Source of the DNA: Chloroflexota bacterium
GTDB lineage: Bacteria > Chloroflexota > Limnocylindria > Limnocylindrales > CSP1-4
DNA: 64,000 nt
Assembly (NCBI GenBank): GCA_021802585.1
Contig: JAJZRQ010000001.1
Location: 11,234-75,233, forward strand
Direction: 5' to 3'
Below, one piece after another: positions 1-9,506 of the stretch (positions are counted from its first letter, which is position 1; each line of letters begins with the position of its first letter). A program made the position numbers and the translations under genes. The notes beneath the pieces are model-generated. The model did no database searches. It had not been told where the DNA came from and worked only from the letters and a program-made list of their open reading frames with translations.

Positions 1-641
1 AGCGCGCGGCGGACGTCCGCGAGGACCACCTCCGGCGGCAGCGAGCGCTCCGGGCCGCGCGCCCGGGGGATGATGCAGTACGTGCAGTGGAAGCTGCAGC
101 CGTCCTGGACCTTCACGTAGGCGCGTGTCCGGTCGATCCGGGCCCGGTCGTCCGCGACGCCCTCGACCTCGACGCCGGCGAGCGTCGGCAGGGCCGCGTC
201 GAGCGGGCCGTGGGGAGCGTGGTTCGCCGCCGCGGGCATCCCCAGCAGGCGCTCGACCTCGGCGAGGAGGCCGTCCTTCTCCTCGTTCGCCACGAGCCGC
301 GCGGCGGGATCGACCGCGGCGAGCGTCGCCCCGCCGACCTGCACGGAGCAGCCGGTCACGATCACCGCGGCGTCGGGGCTCGCCCGCCGGGCCCGTCGGA
401 CGGCCTTGCGCGACTTGTCGTCCGCGACCGCGGTCACGGTGCAGGTGTTCACCACGTGGAGGTCGGCCGTGGCCCCGTCCTCCGCGATCTCCACGCCGCG
501 GACGCGGAGGAGTCGTTCGACCGCATCCATCTCGGACTGGTTCACCTTGCAGCCCAGGTTCGTGATGGCCGCCCGCCGGATGGGCCGGGATGGAACGGCG
601 GGAAGCGGGAAGGCCGGCGACGGCTCGGTCACTCGGCTCAC
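1..641 (-). CDS. mtaB: Radical-SAM methylthiotransferase, MiaB/RimO/MtaB family (N-terminal part; gene runs off window start)
   Basis: The minus-strand frame was translated by hand. It gives an MTTase N-domain (ITNLGCKVNQSEMDAVERLL, VVNTCTVTA..DKSRKAVRRAR) followed by the radical-SAM CxxxCxxC motif QDGCSFHCTYCIIP at ~104-63. Its position downstream of prmA mirrors B. subtilis dnaJ-prmA-rsmE-mtaB synteny. The start near 641 is approximate, and the gene is not in the ORF track because it is truncated. Confidence 0.65.
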   Translation of the reverse strand, partial: MSRVTEPSPAFPLPAVPSRPIRRAAITNLGCKVNQSEMDAVERLLRVRGVEIAEDGATADLHVVNTCTVTAVADDKSRKAVRRARRASPDAAVIVTGCSVQVGGATLAAVDPAARLVANEEKDGLLAEVERLLGMPAAANHAPHGPLDAALPTLAGVEVEGVADDRARIDRTRAYVKVQDGCSFHCTYCIIPRARGPERSLPPEVVLADVRRA

Positions 642-868
642 CAGGGGGCCGCGAGGAAGTGGGCGGAGAGCGGGGCGAGGTTTGTCATCACGTCGGAGGT
701 GCGGCCCGCCGGCGGGGCAGCCGCGGTCGGGTACCGGGCCAAAGATCGTAGCGCAGCCGTGCCGAACGGCCATTCCGGAGGCCGGCGCGGCGAGCGTACG
801 GTGGCTCGAGCGTCCCGGCGGAGCCATCGGCGACCGGGGACGTCGCGCCGTCGGGTGAGAGGGACTGA

Positions 869-1603
869 TTGGTGACTTCTCGCTTCCGTCGGCCTCGCCT
901 CCTGGTGCTGAGCGCGGCCGCGCTCCTCCTGCTGATCGCGTTCGCTGGAACGGTGCGCGCCGCCGACCCGCCCGCGGGCGCGGCGATCACCGGGCCATGC
1001 ACGCTCACGGCGACCTCGACCGGGAGGTCCGGCGAGCAGCTCGACACCCTCACGGGTCCTGGGACGAGTGATCCGAACAACCCGTTCGACGTCGACCCGA
1101 AGGGCAGCGTCGCGTGGGCGGGGACCGGCCCCGCGATCACGAGCGGCACCTACCAGCTGACGATCTACGGCCTCCCCATCTGGTCGGGCGACGTCAACAA
1201 CACGGAGGGCAAGACCAGCGCCGACGGCGTCCTCGACCTCGGGGACGTGCTGCCGATCGATGTCGCAGGCGTGGTGGAGGTCGGGGGCAGCATCAGCGGC
1301 ACGGGCGGCTCCTGCAGTGGCAGTGCCTGGATCCGGCTCGGCGGCGACCCGCTGACGTCGATCCCGGGGATGGTCGGGATCGGGGCCGGGATCCTCGGTC
1401 TGGTCGGCGTCCTGAGCGCCGTCCCGGGCCGTCACCCGTTCCGCGGTCTCCTGTTCGGCCTCGTCCTGGGCCTCGGCGGAGGGATCCTGGCGGTCGTCTT
1501 CGGCGTCGTGCCGATCGGCGCGCTCAGCCCGCTCGTCGCCCTCGGCGGCGGCGGGGTCATCGGGCTGGTGCTCGGCTTCCTGCCGATCGGCGGGTCCGCG
1601 TAG
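869..1603 (+). CDS. Hypothetical secreted/membrane protein: signal peptide, Thr/Gly-rich middle, Gly-rich C-terminal hydrophobic helices
   Basis: Track ORF with a TTG start. It has an N-terminal signal-like segment LLVLSAAALLLLIAFAGTVRA and a C-terminal run of Gly-rich predicted TM helices. Codon usage is high-GC3 and consistent with the host. It sits opposite to its neighbours, between mtaB and prmA. Confidence 0.45.
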   Translation: MVTSRFRRPRLLVLSAAALLLLIAFAGTVRAADPPAGAAITGPCTLTATSTGRSGEQLDTLTGPGTSDPNNPFDVDPKGSVAWAGTGPAITSGTYQLTIYGLPIWSGDVNNTEGKTSADGVLDLGDVLPIDVAGVVEVGGSISGTGGSCSGSAWIRLGGDPLTSIPGMVGIGAGILGLVGVLSAVPGRHPFRGLLFGLVLGLGGGILAVVFGVVPIGALSPLVALGGGGVIGLVLGFLPIGGSA

Positions 1604-1610
1604 AGCAGGC

Positions 1611-2639
1611 TCAGCGCTCTCCCCGCTCCGCCTCCAGGGCCACCCAGTCACCCTCGGCCTCGCGGCGGAGGACGCGGAGGCCGGCACCCTCGAGGGCCTG
1701 CCGCACGGCGGCCTCGCGGTCGACGAAGATGCCCGAGGCGAGGAGCCGGCCGCCGGGCCGCAGCTCGGCCGCGAGGTCGGCGGCGAGCGTCGCGAGGAGC
1801 GAGGCGATGAGGTTCGCGGCGACGAGGTCGAACGGCCCCGCGCCGCTCGGGAGCGAGCCCCGCCGGGCGCGGAGGCGCCGCGCGACCCGGTTCCGGCGAG
1901 CATTCGCGAGCGTCGCCTCCACGGCGATCGGGTCCGGGTCGACCCCGAGCAGCTCCCCCGCGCCGAGGAGTCCGGCGGCGATCGCGAGGATCCCCGAGCC
2001 GCACCCGACGTCGAGGAGGCGCGCGGTCCCGTCGCGGGCCCCGCCGCGGGCGAGCAGGCCCTCGTCCGCCCAGCGCTCGATCCCCGCGAGGCAGAGGCGA
2101 GTCGTCGGGTGGAGGCCCGTCCCGAACGCCATCCCGGGGTCCATCGCGAGGACGGTGTCACCGGCGCGGCGGCGGTGGCGGCGCCACGTCGGCCGGATGA
2201 CGATCCCGTGCCCGACCCGGAGCACGCCGACGTGGCGCTTCCACGCCGACGCCCAGTCGGCCTCGTGGACGACCCGGGTCCGCAGCTCCCCGATCTCCCG
2301 CAGCCCGAACGCCTGGAGGTGGCCGAGGGCCCGCTCGACCGCGGCGGCCGAGGCGCGCGCGGGGCCCGCGTCGCGCGCCGGCAGGTATGCCCGCACGGTC
2401 GCCGGGGCGGCCGGGTCGACCGCCGCGCCGAGGCCCTCGTCGACGAGGGTGAAGCCGGGCTCGACGCTCACGCCACCCGGGGCGATGCGCGCGAAGATCT
2501 CGCTCACCGCCTCGACCGCCTCGGGGTCACAGGTGACGGCAAGCTCGAGCCACGCATCGGCGCCGGGATCGCCTCCGGCCCCCGTCCCACCCGCGGCGGG
2601 CGCCGCGCCGCCGGGGGACCTCGCCCCCGGGCTCCTCAT
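1611..2639 (-). CDS. prmA: Ribosomal protein L11 methyltransferase PrmA
   Basis: This is the C-terminal 342 codons of track ORF 1611..3668. Motifs are DPGMAFGTGLHPTTRLCL and the SAM-binding LDVGCGSGILAIAA. The ATG at 2639-2637 overlaps the dnaJ stop (ATGA), giving dnaJ-prmA synteny. Confidence 0.85.
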   Translation of the reverse strand: MRSPGARSPGGAAPAAGGTGAGGDPGADAWLELAVTCDPEAVEAVSEIFARIAPGGVSVEPGFTLVDEGLGAAVDPAAPATVRAYLPARDAGPARASAAAVERALGHLQAFGLREIGELRTRVVHEADWASAWKRHVGVLRVGHGIVIRPTWRRHRRRAGDTVLAMDPGMAFGTGLHPTTRLCLAGIERWADEGLLARGGARDGTARLLDVGCGSGILAIAAGLLGAGELLGVDPDPIAVEATLANARRNRVARRLRARRGSLPSGAGPFDLVAANLIASLLATLAADLAAELRPGGRLLASGIFVDREAAVRQALEGAGLRVLRREAEGDWVALEAERGER

Positions 2640-3763
2640 CCGAGGGCGTCCTTGATCCGGTCGATGACCCCGCCCTTGCCCGTCCCGATGTTCGCCTCGC
2701 CGGACGCCGCGGCGAACGCCTCGAGGGCCTGCCGCTGCTCCCGGCTGAGGCGGGTGGGGACCGTCACGTCGACGAGGACGTGGAGGTCGCCGCGGGCGCC
2801 GGGGCGGCGGAGGTGTGGGGCGCCGCGGCCGCGGAGGCGGATCTCGGTCCCCGGCTGGGTGCCGGCCTTGATCTCGAGGTCCTCCTCGCCGTCCGCGGTC
2901 GGCACGCGGACCGTCGTCCCGAGGGCGGCCTGGGCGATCGAGAGGTCGAGCTCGTGGTACAGCTCCGTCCCCTCGCGGCGGAGCTGCGGGTGGGCCGCGA
3001 CGTGGATCGCGACGTAGAGGCTCCCCGGAGGCCCCCCGCGCGGGCCGGCCTCCCCCTCCGCGGAGAGCCGGATCTGGTGCCCGTCGTCGATGCCGGCCGG
3101 GATGCTCACGCGGAGCCGCTTCGACCGCTGCTTCCGCCCGTCGCCGCCGCAGTCGGCGCATGGCGCCTCGACCACCTTGCCCTCGCCCCGGCAGCGGGGG
3201 CAGGTCACGACGTTCACCATCTGGCCGAGCATCGTCTGGCGGGCGTGGCGGACCTCGCCGCGGCCGCCGCACTGGGGGCAGGCCCGGGGCTCCGTGCCCG
3301 GCTTCGCCCCGCTCCCCGAGCACGTGGGGCAGCGGTCGAGGACCGGGAACTCGATCTCCTTCTCCGTGCCCCGGATCGACTCCTCGAACGTGATCCGCAG
3401 GTCGTAGCGGAGGTCCGAGCCGACCGCGGGGCGCCCGCGCCGGACGCCGCCCGCGGCGCCGCCGCCGAAGAATGCGTCGAAGAGGTCGGAGAACGCCCCG
3501 AAGCCGCCCGCGGCGCCCGGGTCGAAGCCGCCGGCCCCGCCGACGCCGGCCTGCCCGAACAGGTCGTACGCCTGGCGGCGCTGGGGGTCCGAGAGGATCT
3601 GGTACGCCTCGTTGATCTCCTTGAACCGCTCGTCGGCGCTGGCGTCGCGGTTGACGTCCGGGTGCCACTGCTGGGCGAGCTTCCGGAACGCGCGCTTGAT
3701 GTCCGCCTCGGAGGCGCCGCGCTCGACGCCGAGGATGTCGTAGTAGTCGCGCTGGGTCGTCAT
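2636..3763 (-). CDS. dnaJ: Chaperone DnaJ (J-domain, G/F region, four CxxCxGxG zinc-finger repeats)
   Basis: MTTQRDYYDILGV...HPD J-domain; CPTCSGSG, CPQCGGRG, CPRCRGEG, CADCGGDG repeats. Confidence 0.95.
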   Translation of the reverse strand: MTTQRDYYDILGVERGASEADIKRAFRKLAQQWHPDVNRDASADERFKEINEAYQILSDPQRRQAYDLFGQAGVGGAGGFDPGAAGGFGAFSDLFDAFFGGGAAGGVRRGRPAVGSDLRYDLRITFEESIRGTEKEIEFPVLDRCPTCSGSGAKPGTEPRACPQCGGRGEVRHARQTMLGQMVNVVTCPRCRGEGKVVEAPCADCGGDGRKQRSKRLRVSIPAGIDDGHQIRLSAEGEAGPRGGPPGSLYVAIHVAAHPQLRREGTELYHELDLSIAQAALGTTVRVPTADGEEDLEIKAGTQPGTEIRLRGRGAPHLRRPGARGDLHVLVDVTVPTRLSREQRQALEAFAAASGEANIGTGKGGVIDRIKDALG

Positions 3764-3797
3764 GGGCGAGGGAAGTGTACGGGGAGCGCCCTCGGCG

Positions 3798-4619
3798 TCA
3801 GTCGGGCGGCGCCGCGGGGTCGCCGCCGGCGGCGAGGGCGGCGCCGATGATCCCGGCCGTGTTGAGGAAGCGGGCCGTGACGATCGGGGCCCGGGACTTC
3901 AGCCAGCGGGCGTACTTCGCGTGCTCCTTGCTCACCCCGCCGCCGAGGATGATGAGGTCTGGCCAGAACCATGCCTCGAGGAGGGCCAGGAACTCCGAGA
4001 ACTCGCCGGCCCAGCGCCGCCAGCCGATCCCGCGCCGCTCGCGGGCCGAACCCGAGATCCACTGCTCGGCGTCCCTGCGGCGGAACGTCACGTGGCCGAA
4101 CTCCGTCGAATCGAGGAGCGTTCCGTCGATGAGGAGGGCGCTCCCGATCCCGGTCCCGATCGTGAGGAGGAGGACGGTCCCGGCCACGGCCTTTGCCGCC
4201 CCGAAGGCGACCTCCGCGAGGCCGGCCGCGTCGGCGTCGTTCACGAGGCGGACGGGGCGGCCGAGGCGCGCCTCGAGCGCCTCCCGGCCAGCGAACCCGA
4301 CCCAGCTCCGGTCGATGTTCGCGGCGGTGAGGAGGCGGCCGTCCTTCACGACGCCGGGGAGGCCGACCCCGGCCGGCATCGCCGCGTCGAGGTACCCATC
4401 GGCCGCCAGCTCGTCGAGGATCGCCCCGATGACCTCGATGACGGCCGTCGGGGTCGCCGGCTGCGGCGTCTTCTGGCGGATGCGGGGCGAGACGAGCTCG
4501 CCCGTGGCGAGGTCGACGACGGCGGCTTTCACCCCCGTCCCGCCGACGTCGATGCCGATCGCGCGGCGGTGCGCGGAGGCGGGATCTGCGGGGGGCGGCG
4601 TCGCGGCGGGCTCGCTCAT
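3798..4619 (-). CDS. ppgK: Polyphosphate/ATP glucokinase, ROK family
   Basis: The start was re-set to the internal ATG at 4619-4617 (MSEPAAT...), because the track ORF's N-terminus is junk. IGIDVGGTGVKAAVVDL...IRQKTPQPATP closely resembles mycobacterial PpgK. There is a ROK sugar-kinase fold and a glycine-rich ATP loop. Confidence 0.8.
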   Translation of the reverse strand: MSEPAATPPPADPASAHRRAIGIDVGGTGVKAAVVDLATGELVSPRIRQKTPQPATPTAVIEVIGAILDELAADGYLDAAMPAGVGLPGVVKDGRLLTAANIDRSWVGFAGREALEARLGRPVRLVNDADAAGLAEVAFGAAKAVAGTVLLLTIGTGIGSALLIDGTLLDSTEFGHVTFRRRDAEQWISGSARERRGIGWRRWAGEFSEFLALLEAWFWPDLIILGGGVSKEHAKYARWLKSRAPIVTARFLNTAGIIGAALAAGGDPAAPPD

Positions 4620-4638
4620 GGCCGCAGGATAGCGCGGC

Positions 4639-7600
4639 TCAGTCGATCGTCGCGCGGCGGCGCACGGCGGCGCGGACGGCGAGGCCGAGGACGACCGCGA
4701 GAAGCGCCCCGACTCCGACGACGACCGGCGCCGGCACGCCGTCGCCGGGCGTCGCACCGGCCCCCGGCCCCCTTCCCGGCATCGCCGAGGGCGGCGCGGC
4801 GACCGTGACGGCGACGGTCGCCGCGGGCCCCACGTTGCCGGCCGCGTCGACGGCCCGGACCGCGTAGACGCGGGGGCCCGCCGCGGCGTCCGCGTCGACG
4901 AGCTCCACGTCCGCCGGCTCGCCGACGACCGCGGAGGGGCCGTCGGCGAACGGCGCCCGCTCGACCCGGTATCCCGCGGCGCCGGCGACGGGCTGCCAGG
5001 CGAGCCGGACCCCGCCGCCGGCCGCCGCCGTGAGGCCGATGGGCGCGGCGGGCGCGACGAGATCCGCTCCCGGCTCCGGCACGAGGATCGCGGCCCCGAG
5101 CGCCGGGAGCGTCACGCGAAGCTCCCCGGCCGCGCTCGTCGCCGGGGCCGCGAGCGTGCCCGCCCGGTCAACGAAGCGGATTCCGTCCGGCACGGGGACC
5201 CCCGGGCCCCGCGCGTCGGCGAGCGGGACGGCGATCGTCGCGCTTCGCAGGGGGTCCGGGTTGATGGCCACGACGGCGAGGCCGCCGGCCGCGTCGTGGC
5301 GCGAGAAGGCGAGCGTCCGGTCGCGGTCGTTCGCGACGAGGAACGCGACGTCGCCGTCGCGGAGGACCGCGAGCTCGCGGCGCGCGGTCGCGAGGTCGCG
5401 GTACCAGGCGTGGAGCGCGGCGTCCGCCGACGCGGGGAGCGACCCGTCCGGGCCGAGGACGGGGAACGGCCGCCGGTCGTCCGGGTCGTCGGCACCGGTC
5501 ATCCCGACCTCGTCGCCGTAGTAGATCGTCGGCGCGCCCGGGAGGGTGAACTGGAGGAGGCTGGCGAGGCGGAGACGCGCCTTCCCGAGCGCGAGGTTCG
5601 GCGGCTCCTCGCGGTCCTTCGGCTCGCCCGGCGTGAGCGACCAGAGGATCCGCTCGGTATCGTGGGAGTCGAGGAGGTTCCACGTCGTCCGAGCCGCGAA
5701 CGCAGGGTCGTCCTCGAGGATCGAGAGGAGCTTCCGGACGAGGAGGCTCGGCGGCTGCTCGCTGGCGCCGGCGTCCGGGAAGCCCTCGCGGTCGATCGTG
5801 CCGAGGTACCCCGTCACGGCGTTCCGGAAGCGGTAGCCCATCGTCGTGTCGGCCGTGTCGCCGCGGATCTTCGGGAGGACCTGGTCGCGCTGCCAGAGCT
5901 CGCCGACGATCGCGGCCTGGGGGTCGGTCGCCTTCACCGCCGCCCGGAACCCCTGCCAGAACCCGTCCGGGAAGCTGGCGTCCATCATCACGTCGAGGCG
6001 CCAGCCGGACGCGCCGTCTCGGAGCCAGCGGCGGGCGATCGCGTCGTCGCCCGCGTCGACGAGGTCGCGCACCCCCGCATCCGTCTTCACGAGGACCGGC
6101 AGCGACGCGTACCCGGACCATGCCACGTAGTCCATCGTGTGCGGCCCGTCGGGGCCGGCGCACGGCCCGCCGGCGGCGGCCCGGAACGTGAACCACGACC
6201 GGTACGGCGAGTCGACGCTCTCGCAGGCGCCCGGCGCGCCGGCGAAGTGCCCGTACCGGTCGAAGAGCGGCGAGTCGGAGCTGACGTGGTTGAAGACCCC
6301 GTCGAGGACGATTCGGATCCCCCGCGCCCGCGCCGCGGCGACGAGCGCCTCCCAGTCGGCCGCGGTCCCGAACCGGGGATCGATCACCGTGTAGTCGCGG
6401 GTGTCGTACCCGTGGTTCGAGGCCGCCGCGAAGATGGGGTTGAGGTAGAGGACGTCGACGCCGAGGTCGGCGAGGTACGGCAGGCTCTGCCGGATGCCGG
6501 CGAGGTCGCCGCCGAACCAGTCGCGGCCGCGTCCGGGGGATTCGGGGAGCTCGTCCCAGGCCCGTCGCTCGCTGCGGTCGGCCGCGTCGGCCGGCCAGGC
6601 GTAGCGCGGCGCGTCGACGTCGGCGTCGTTCGCCGGGTCGCCGTTCCGGAAGCGGTCGGGGAAGACCTGGTAGACCACGGCGCCGTCGAGCCAGGGGATC
6701 GGCTCCACCCCGGGGACGTGGACGGTGACGATGTACCCGGTGTCCGCCGCGGTCCGCGTCGTCGCCCCGCGGCCGCCGTCGAGCCGCGCGTCGTCGGCGT
6801 AGTAGGAGCGCGCGTCGCCGTCGGCGACCTCGAAGCGGTACGCGAGGGTCGTCGGGTCCGGCGGCACGACCGTCGCCTCCCACCAGTCGCACGGTGCCAC
6901 GACGTCGACCGGCGCCTCCCCGCACGTCGCCGGCCCGGCGATCCGCTCCATCGCCGTTCGGGTCCGGCGGTTCGTGACGGCGTCGCGGACGACGAGGTCG
7001 ACGCCGGTCGCATCGGCGTGGAAGGTCCGGAACCGGAGGCGGATCGGGCTCCCCGCCGGCGACGCCCCGGCCGGCGACCGGTACGCGAGGTCGCGGCTGT
7101 CGTGGGCGAACCCGAGCGGGTCGAGGCGGCCGTCGACGGCGGGCGGGCCGGCGGCGAACGCCGACGCCGTTCCGGCGCGGGCGTCGAACGCGACCTCCAC
7201 GGCCCCGGCGATGCCGGCGGGCTCCGTCTCCACCTCCACGGCCCGGCCGCCCCCCGTGACGACCCGGAGGCAGCCCCCGGCGGCAACCTCGAGAACCGCC
7301 GTCGCCACGCCGTCCCCGTCGGGATCGAACAGCGTTCGCGCCGGCTCGAGGGGCGGTGAGGCCGGCGGCGGGGCGCCCGGCGCGCACGGCCCGGGCGCGT
7401 CCGCGACCCACCCGAACGCGTCGTCCGTCGAGGCCGCCGCGGTGACCCGCCGCGTGTCGAAGGCGAACGTCACCGCGCGCGGCGACCCGAGCTGGAGGAC
7501 CCGGTCATCGCCGTCGGCCCGCGTCCCCACCCCCACGGATCGGCCCGCGTCGCCCGCCGGCGCAACCCGCCAGTGCCACTCCCCGGCCGGCACGAGGAGG

Positions 7601-7818
7601 GTCACGGCGTGGACGTCGCCCCCGACGGTCGGCATCGCGGTCGCCGCGCAGCCGGCGTCCCACGCGGCGCACGCCCCGCCCGACACGACCGGCTCGAACG
7701 TGCCGATGAGGACGGGGGGTGCCGGCGGGACCCCCGCGGCGGTCGGGCCGGGCGCGGGCGAGGCCGCGACGAGGAGGAGCGGGGCGGCGGCGAGGAGGGC
7801 CCAGGGCGAACGGCGCAT
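4639..7818 (-). CDS. Secreted, membrane-anchored GH13 alpha-amylase family enzyme (neopullulanase/cyclomaltodextrinase-like) with an N-terminal domain, a fibronectin-III-like module and a C-terminal TM anchor
   Basis: The start was re-set to 7818-7816, giving the signal peptide MRRSPWALLAAAPLLLVAASPA. GH13 regions are VYQVFPDRFRNGD, DVLYLNPIF..HGYDTRDY, IRIVLDGVFNHVS, GWRLDVMMD, IVGELWQ and LLDSHDTER. The C-terminus ends in a hydrophobic anchor (VVVGVGALLAVVLGLAV) followed by RRR. Confidence 0.85.
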   Translation of the reverse strand: MRRSPWALLAAAPLLLVAASPAPGPTAAGVPPAPPVLIGTFEPVVSGGACAAWDAGCAATAMPTVGGDVHAVTLLVPAGEWHWRVAPAGDAGRSVGVGTRADGDDRVLQLGSPRAVTFAFDTRRVTAAASTDDAFGWVADAPGPCAPGAPPPASPPLEPARTLFDPDGDGVATAVLEVAAGGCLRVVTGGGRAVEVETEPAGIAGAVEVAFDARAGTASAFAAGPPAVDGRLDPLGFAHDSRDLAYRSPAGASPAGSPIRLRFRTFHADATGVDLVVRDAVTNRRTRTAMERIAGPATCGEAPVDVVAPCDWWEATVVPPDPTTLAYRFEVADGDARSYYADDARLDGGRGATTRTAADTGYIVTVHVPGVEPIPWLDGAVVYQVFPDRFRNGDPANDADVDAPRYAWPADAADRSERRAWDELPESPGRGRDWFGGDLAGIRQSLPYLADLGVDVLYLNPIFAAASNHGYDTRDYTVIDPRFGTAADWEALVAAARARGIRIVLDGVFNHVSSDSPLFDRYGHFAGAPGACESVDSPYRSWFTFRAAAGGPCAGPDGPHTMDYVAWSGYASLPVLVKTDAGVRDLVDAGDDAIARRWLRDGASGWRLDVMMDASFPDGFWQGFRAAVKATDPQAAIVGELWQRDQVLPKIRGDTADTTMGYRFRNAVTGYLGTIDREGFPDAGASEQPPSLLVRKLLSILEDDPAFAARTTWNLLDSHDTERILWSLTPGEPKDREEPPNLALGKARLRLASLLQFTLPGAPTIYYGDEVGMTGADDPDDRRPFPVLGPDGSLPASADAALHAWYRDLATARRELAVLRDGDVAFLVANDRDRTLAFSRHDAAGGLAVVAINPDPLRSATIAVPLADARGPGVPVPDGIRFVDRAGTLAAPATSAAGELRVTLPALGAAILVPEPGADLVAPAAPIGLTAAAGGGVRLAWQPVAGAAGYRVERAPFADGPSAVVGEPADVELVDADAAAGPRVYAVRAVDAAGNVGPAATVAVTVAAPPSAMPGRGPGAGATPGDGVPAPVVVGVGALLAVVLGLAVRAAVRRRATID

Positions 7819-7856
7819 CGCCCGGAGGGTACCGCGCGCGGGGCGCGGCCGGTCGG

Positions 7857-8657
7857 CTACTTGAGGAGGAGCCGCTCCAGCCGCCGGGACGTGATCGCGA
7901 GCCCGGCGAGGCCCATCGCCAGCAGGTACACGACGTGGACGAGGAGCCCCGGGCCGACATTCCCCGTCGTGAGCCCGCGGATGAGGTCGACGCCGTGGTA
8001 GAGCGGCGTGAGCTGGACGAGGGTCCGGAGCGGCTCCGGGTACGTCGCGAGCGGGTAGAACGTCGCGCTGAAGAGGAAGAGCGGCAGGATGACGAGCTGG
8101 ACGAGGTCGAAGTCCTGCCACGTCCGCATGAAGCTCGTCGCGGCCATCCCGGCGGCCCCGAAGGCGAAGCCGACGAGGAGCGCCGCGGGGAACGCGAGCG
8201 CCGCCCAGGGCGAGAGCGCCATCCCCAGGGCGACCATGACGACGAGGAACGCCGCGGCGTAGATCCCGCCCCGGATGAGCGCCCAGCCGATCTCCCCGAG
8301 GGCCACGTCGCCGACGCCGACCGGCGTCGAGAGGATCGCGTCGTACGTCTTCGCGTAGTTCAGCTTGAAGAAGACGTTGAACGTCGAGTCGTAGATCGCG
8401 CCGTTCATCGCCGAGCTCGCGAGGAGCGCCGGGGCGACGAACGCCGTGTACGGGATCTCGCGGCCGTCGACCGCCACGCCGCCGACGAGGGCCCCGATCC
8501 CGAGGCCGATCGAGAGGAGGTAGAAGAGCGGCTCGAAGAAGCCCGACACGATGACGAGCCAGCCACGCCGGTAGACGAGGAGGTTCCGCTCGATGAGGAG
8601 GCCGGCGCGGCGGCCGCCGAAGAGGACCGGCGGGGCGACCCGCGCGAGGAGCGTCAT
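7857..8657 (-). CDS. ABC-2 family transporter permease
   Basis: 266 aa with six predicted TM helices and ABC-2 (DrrB/NodJ-like) topology. It is paralogous to the adjacent permease. Confidence 0.8.
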   Translation of the reverse strand: MTLLARVAPPVLFGGRRAGLLIERNLLVYRRGWLVIVSGFFEPLFYLLSIGLGIGALVGGVAVDGREIPYTAFVAPALLASSAMNGAIYDSTFNVFFKLNYAKTYDAILSTPVGVGDVALGEIGWALIRGGIYAAAFLVVMVALGMALSPWAALAFPAALLVGFAFGAAGMAATSFMRTWQDFDLVQLVILPLFLFSATFYPLATYPEPLRTLVQLTPLYHGVDLIRGLTTGNVGPGLLVHVVYLLAMGLAGLAITSRRLERLLLK

Positions 8658-8697
8658 CGGCCGGCCTCCGCGGGCGCGGGCGGAGCGGGGGGCCGCC

Positions 8698-9498
8698 TCA
8701 CCGGACGAGCCTCCGGCGGAACGTGACGAGCGCCGCCGCGACGCCGACTGCCGTCATCGTCCCGAGATAGGCGAGGTGGACGAGGGTCATCGCCGGCTCG
8801 GCGGTCCCGAGGGCGAGGGACCGGCAGAGGTCCACGCCGTGCCAGAGTGGCGTGACGTACGCCAGGGGCTGGAGGAGCGCCGGGAGCTGGGCGACCGGGA
8901 AGAACGTGCCCGAGAAGAGGAAGAGCGGGATGACCCCGAAGCGGAAGAGGGCGTTGAAGCCGTTCGCGTCCTTCTGGGTCGCCGAGAACGCCGCGATCGG
9001 CGCGGCGAAGGCGAGCCCGGTGAGGAGCGCCGCGGGGACCGCGAGGACTGCCGTGGGGCCGGTCACCGCCCCGAAGAGGACGGTGACGACGAAGAAGGCC
9101 GCCGAGACGAGGAGGAGGCGGAGGGCGACGTAGGCGAGCTTGCCGACGACGACGTCGGCCGGCCGGATCGGCGTGGCGATCATCCCGTGGAAGCTCTTCA
9201 CCCAGACGATCCCCGCCATGACCGGGAACGTCGACTCGCCGGCGGCCGTCTGCATCGCGTTCGAGGCGAGGAGCCCCGGCGCGAGGAACGCGAGGTACGA
9301 GAACCCGGTGAGGGCCGCCGCGGAGCCCGACGCCCCGCCGCCACCCGCGGCGTTCGCGTCGACGAGGCTGCCGAGCCCGAGGCCCATCGCCGCGAGGAAG
9401 AGGACCGGCGAGAGGAACGACGAGAAGACGCTCCCCCGCCAGACCCGGCGGTAGACGAGGAGCTCGTGCTCGAGGACCCGGGCCGCGGGCGCCGCCAC
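8698..9498 (-). CDS. ABC-2 family transporter permease
   Basis: 266 aa. The ELLVYRRVWRG start motif matches the neighbouring paralog (NLLVYRRGWL). There are six TM helices. Confidence 0.8.
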   Translation of the reverse strand: MAAPAARVLEHELLVYRRVWRGSVFSSFLSPVLFLAAMGLGLGSLVDANAAGGGGASGSAAALTGFSYLAFLAPGLLASNAMQTAAGESTFPVMAGIVWVKSFHGMIATPIRPADVVVGKLAYVALRLLLVSAAFFVVTVLFGAVTGPTAVLAVPAALLTGLAFAAPIAAFSATQKDANGFNALFRFGVIPLFLFSGTFFPVAQLPALLQPLAYVTPLWHGVDLCRSLALGTAEPAMTLVHLAYLGTMTAVGVAAALVTFRRRLVR

Positions 9499-9506
9499 TC
9501 CCGGCC

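Noticed and set aside
638-2161. 507-aa minus-strand ORF (and 87..875+, 406..858+, 1114..2655+) overlapping the mtaB/prmA region
   Set aside because: Arg/Pro/Ala low-complexity translations with no domain signal. They overlap, in other frames, real genes with clear motifs (radical-SAM, PrmA). These are typical GC>70% antisense ORFs.
5168-7411. 747-aa and 687-aa ORFs antisense/out-of-frame to the GH13 amylase gene
   Set aside because: Extreme Arg/Gly/Pro composition, whereas the alternative frame encodes a full GH13 catalytic core.
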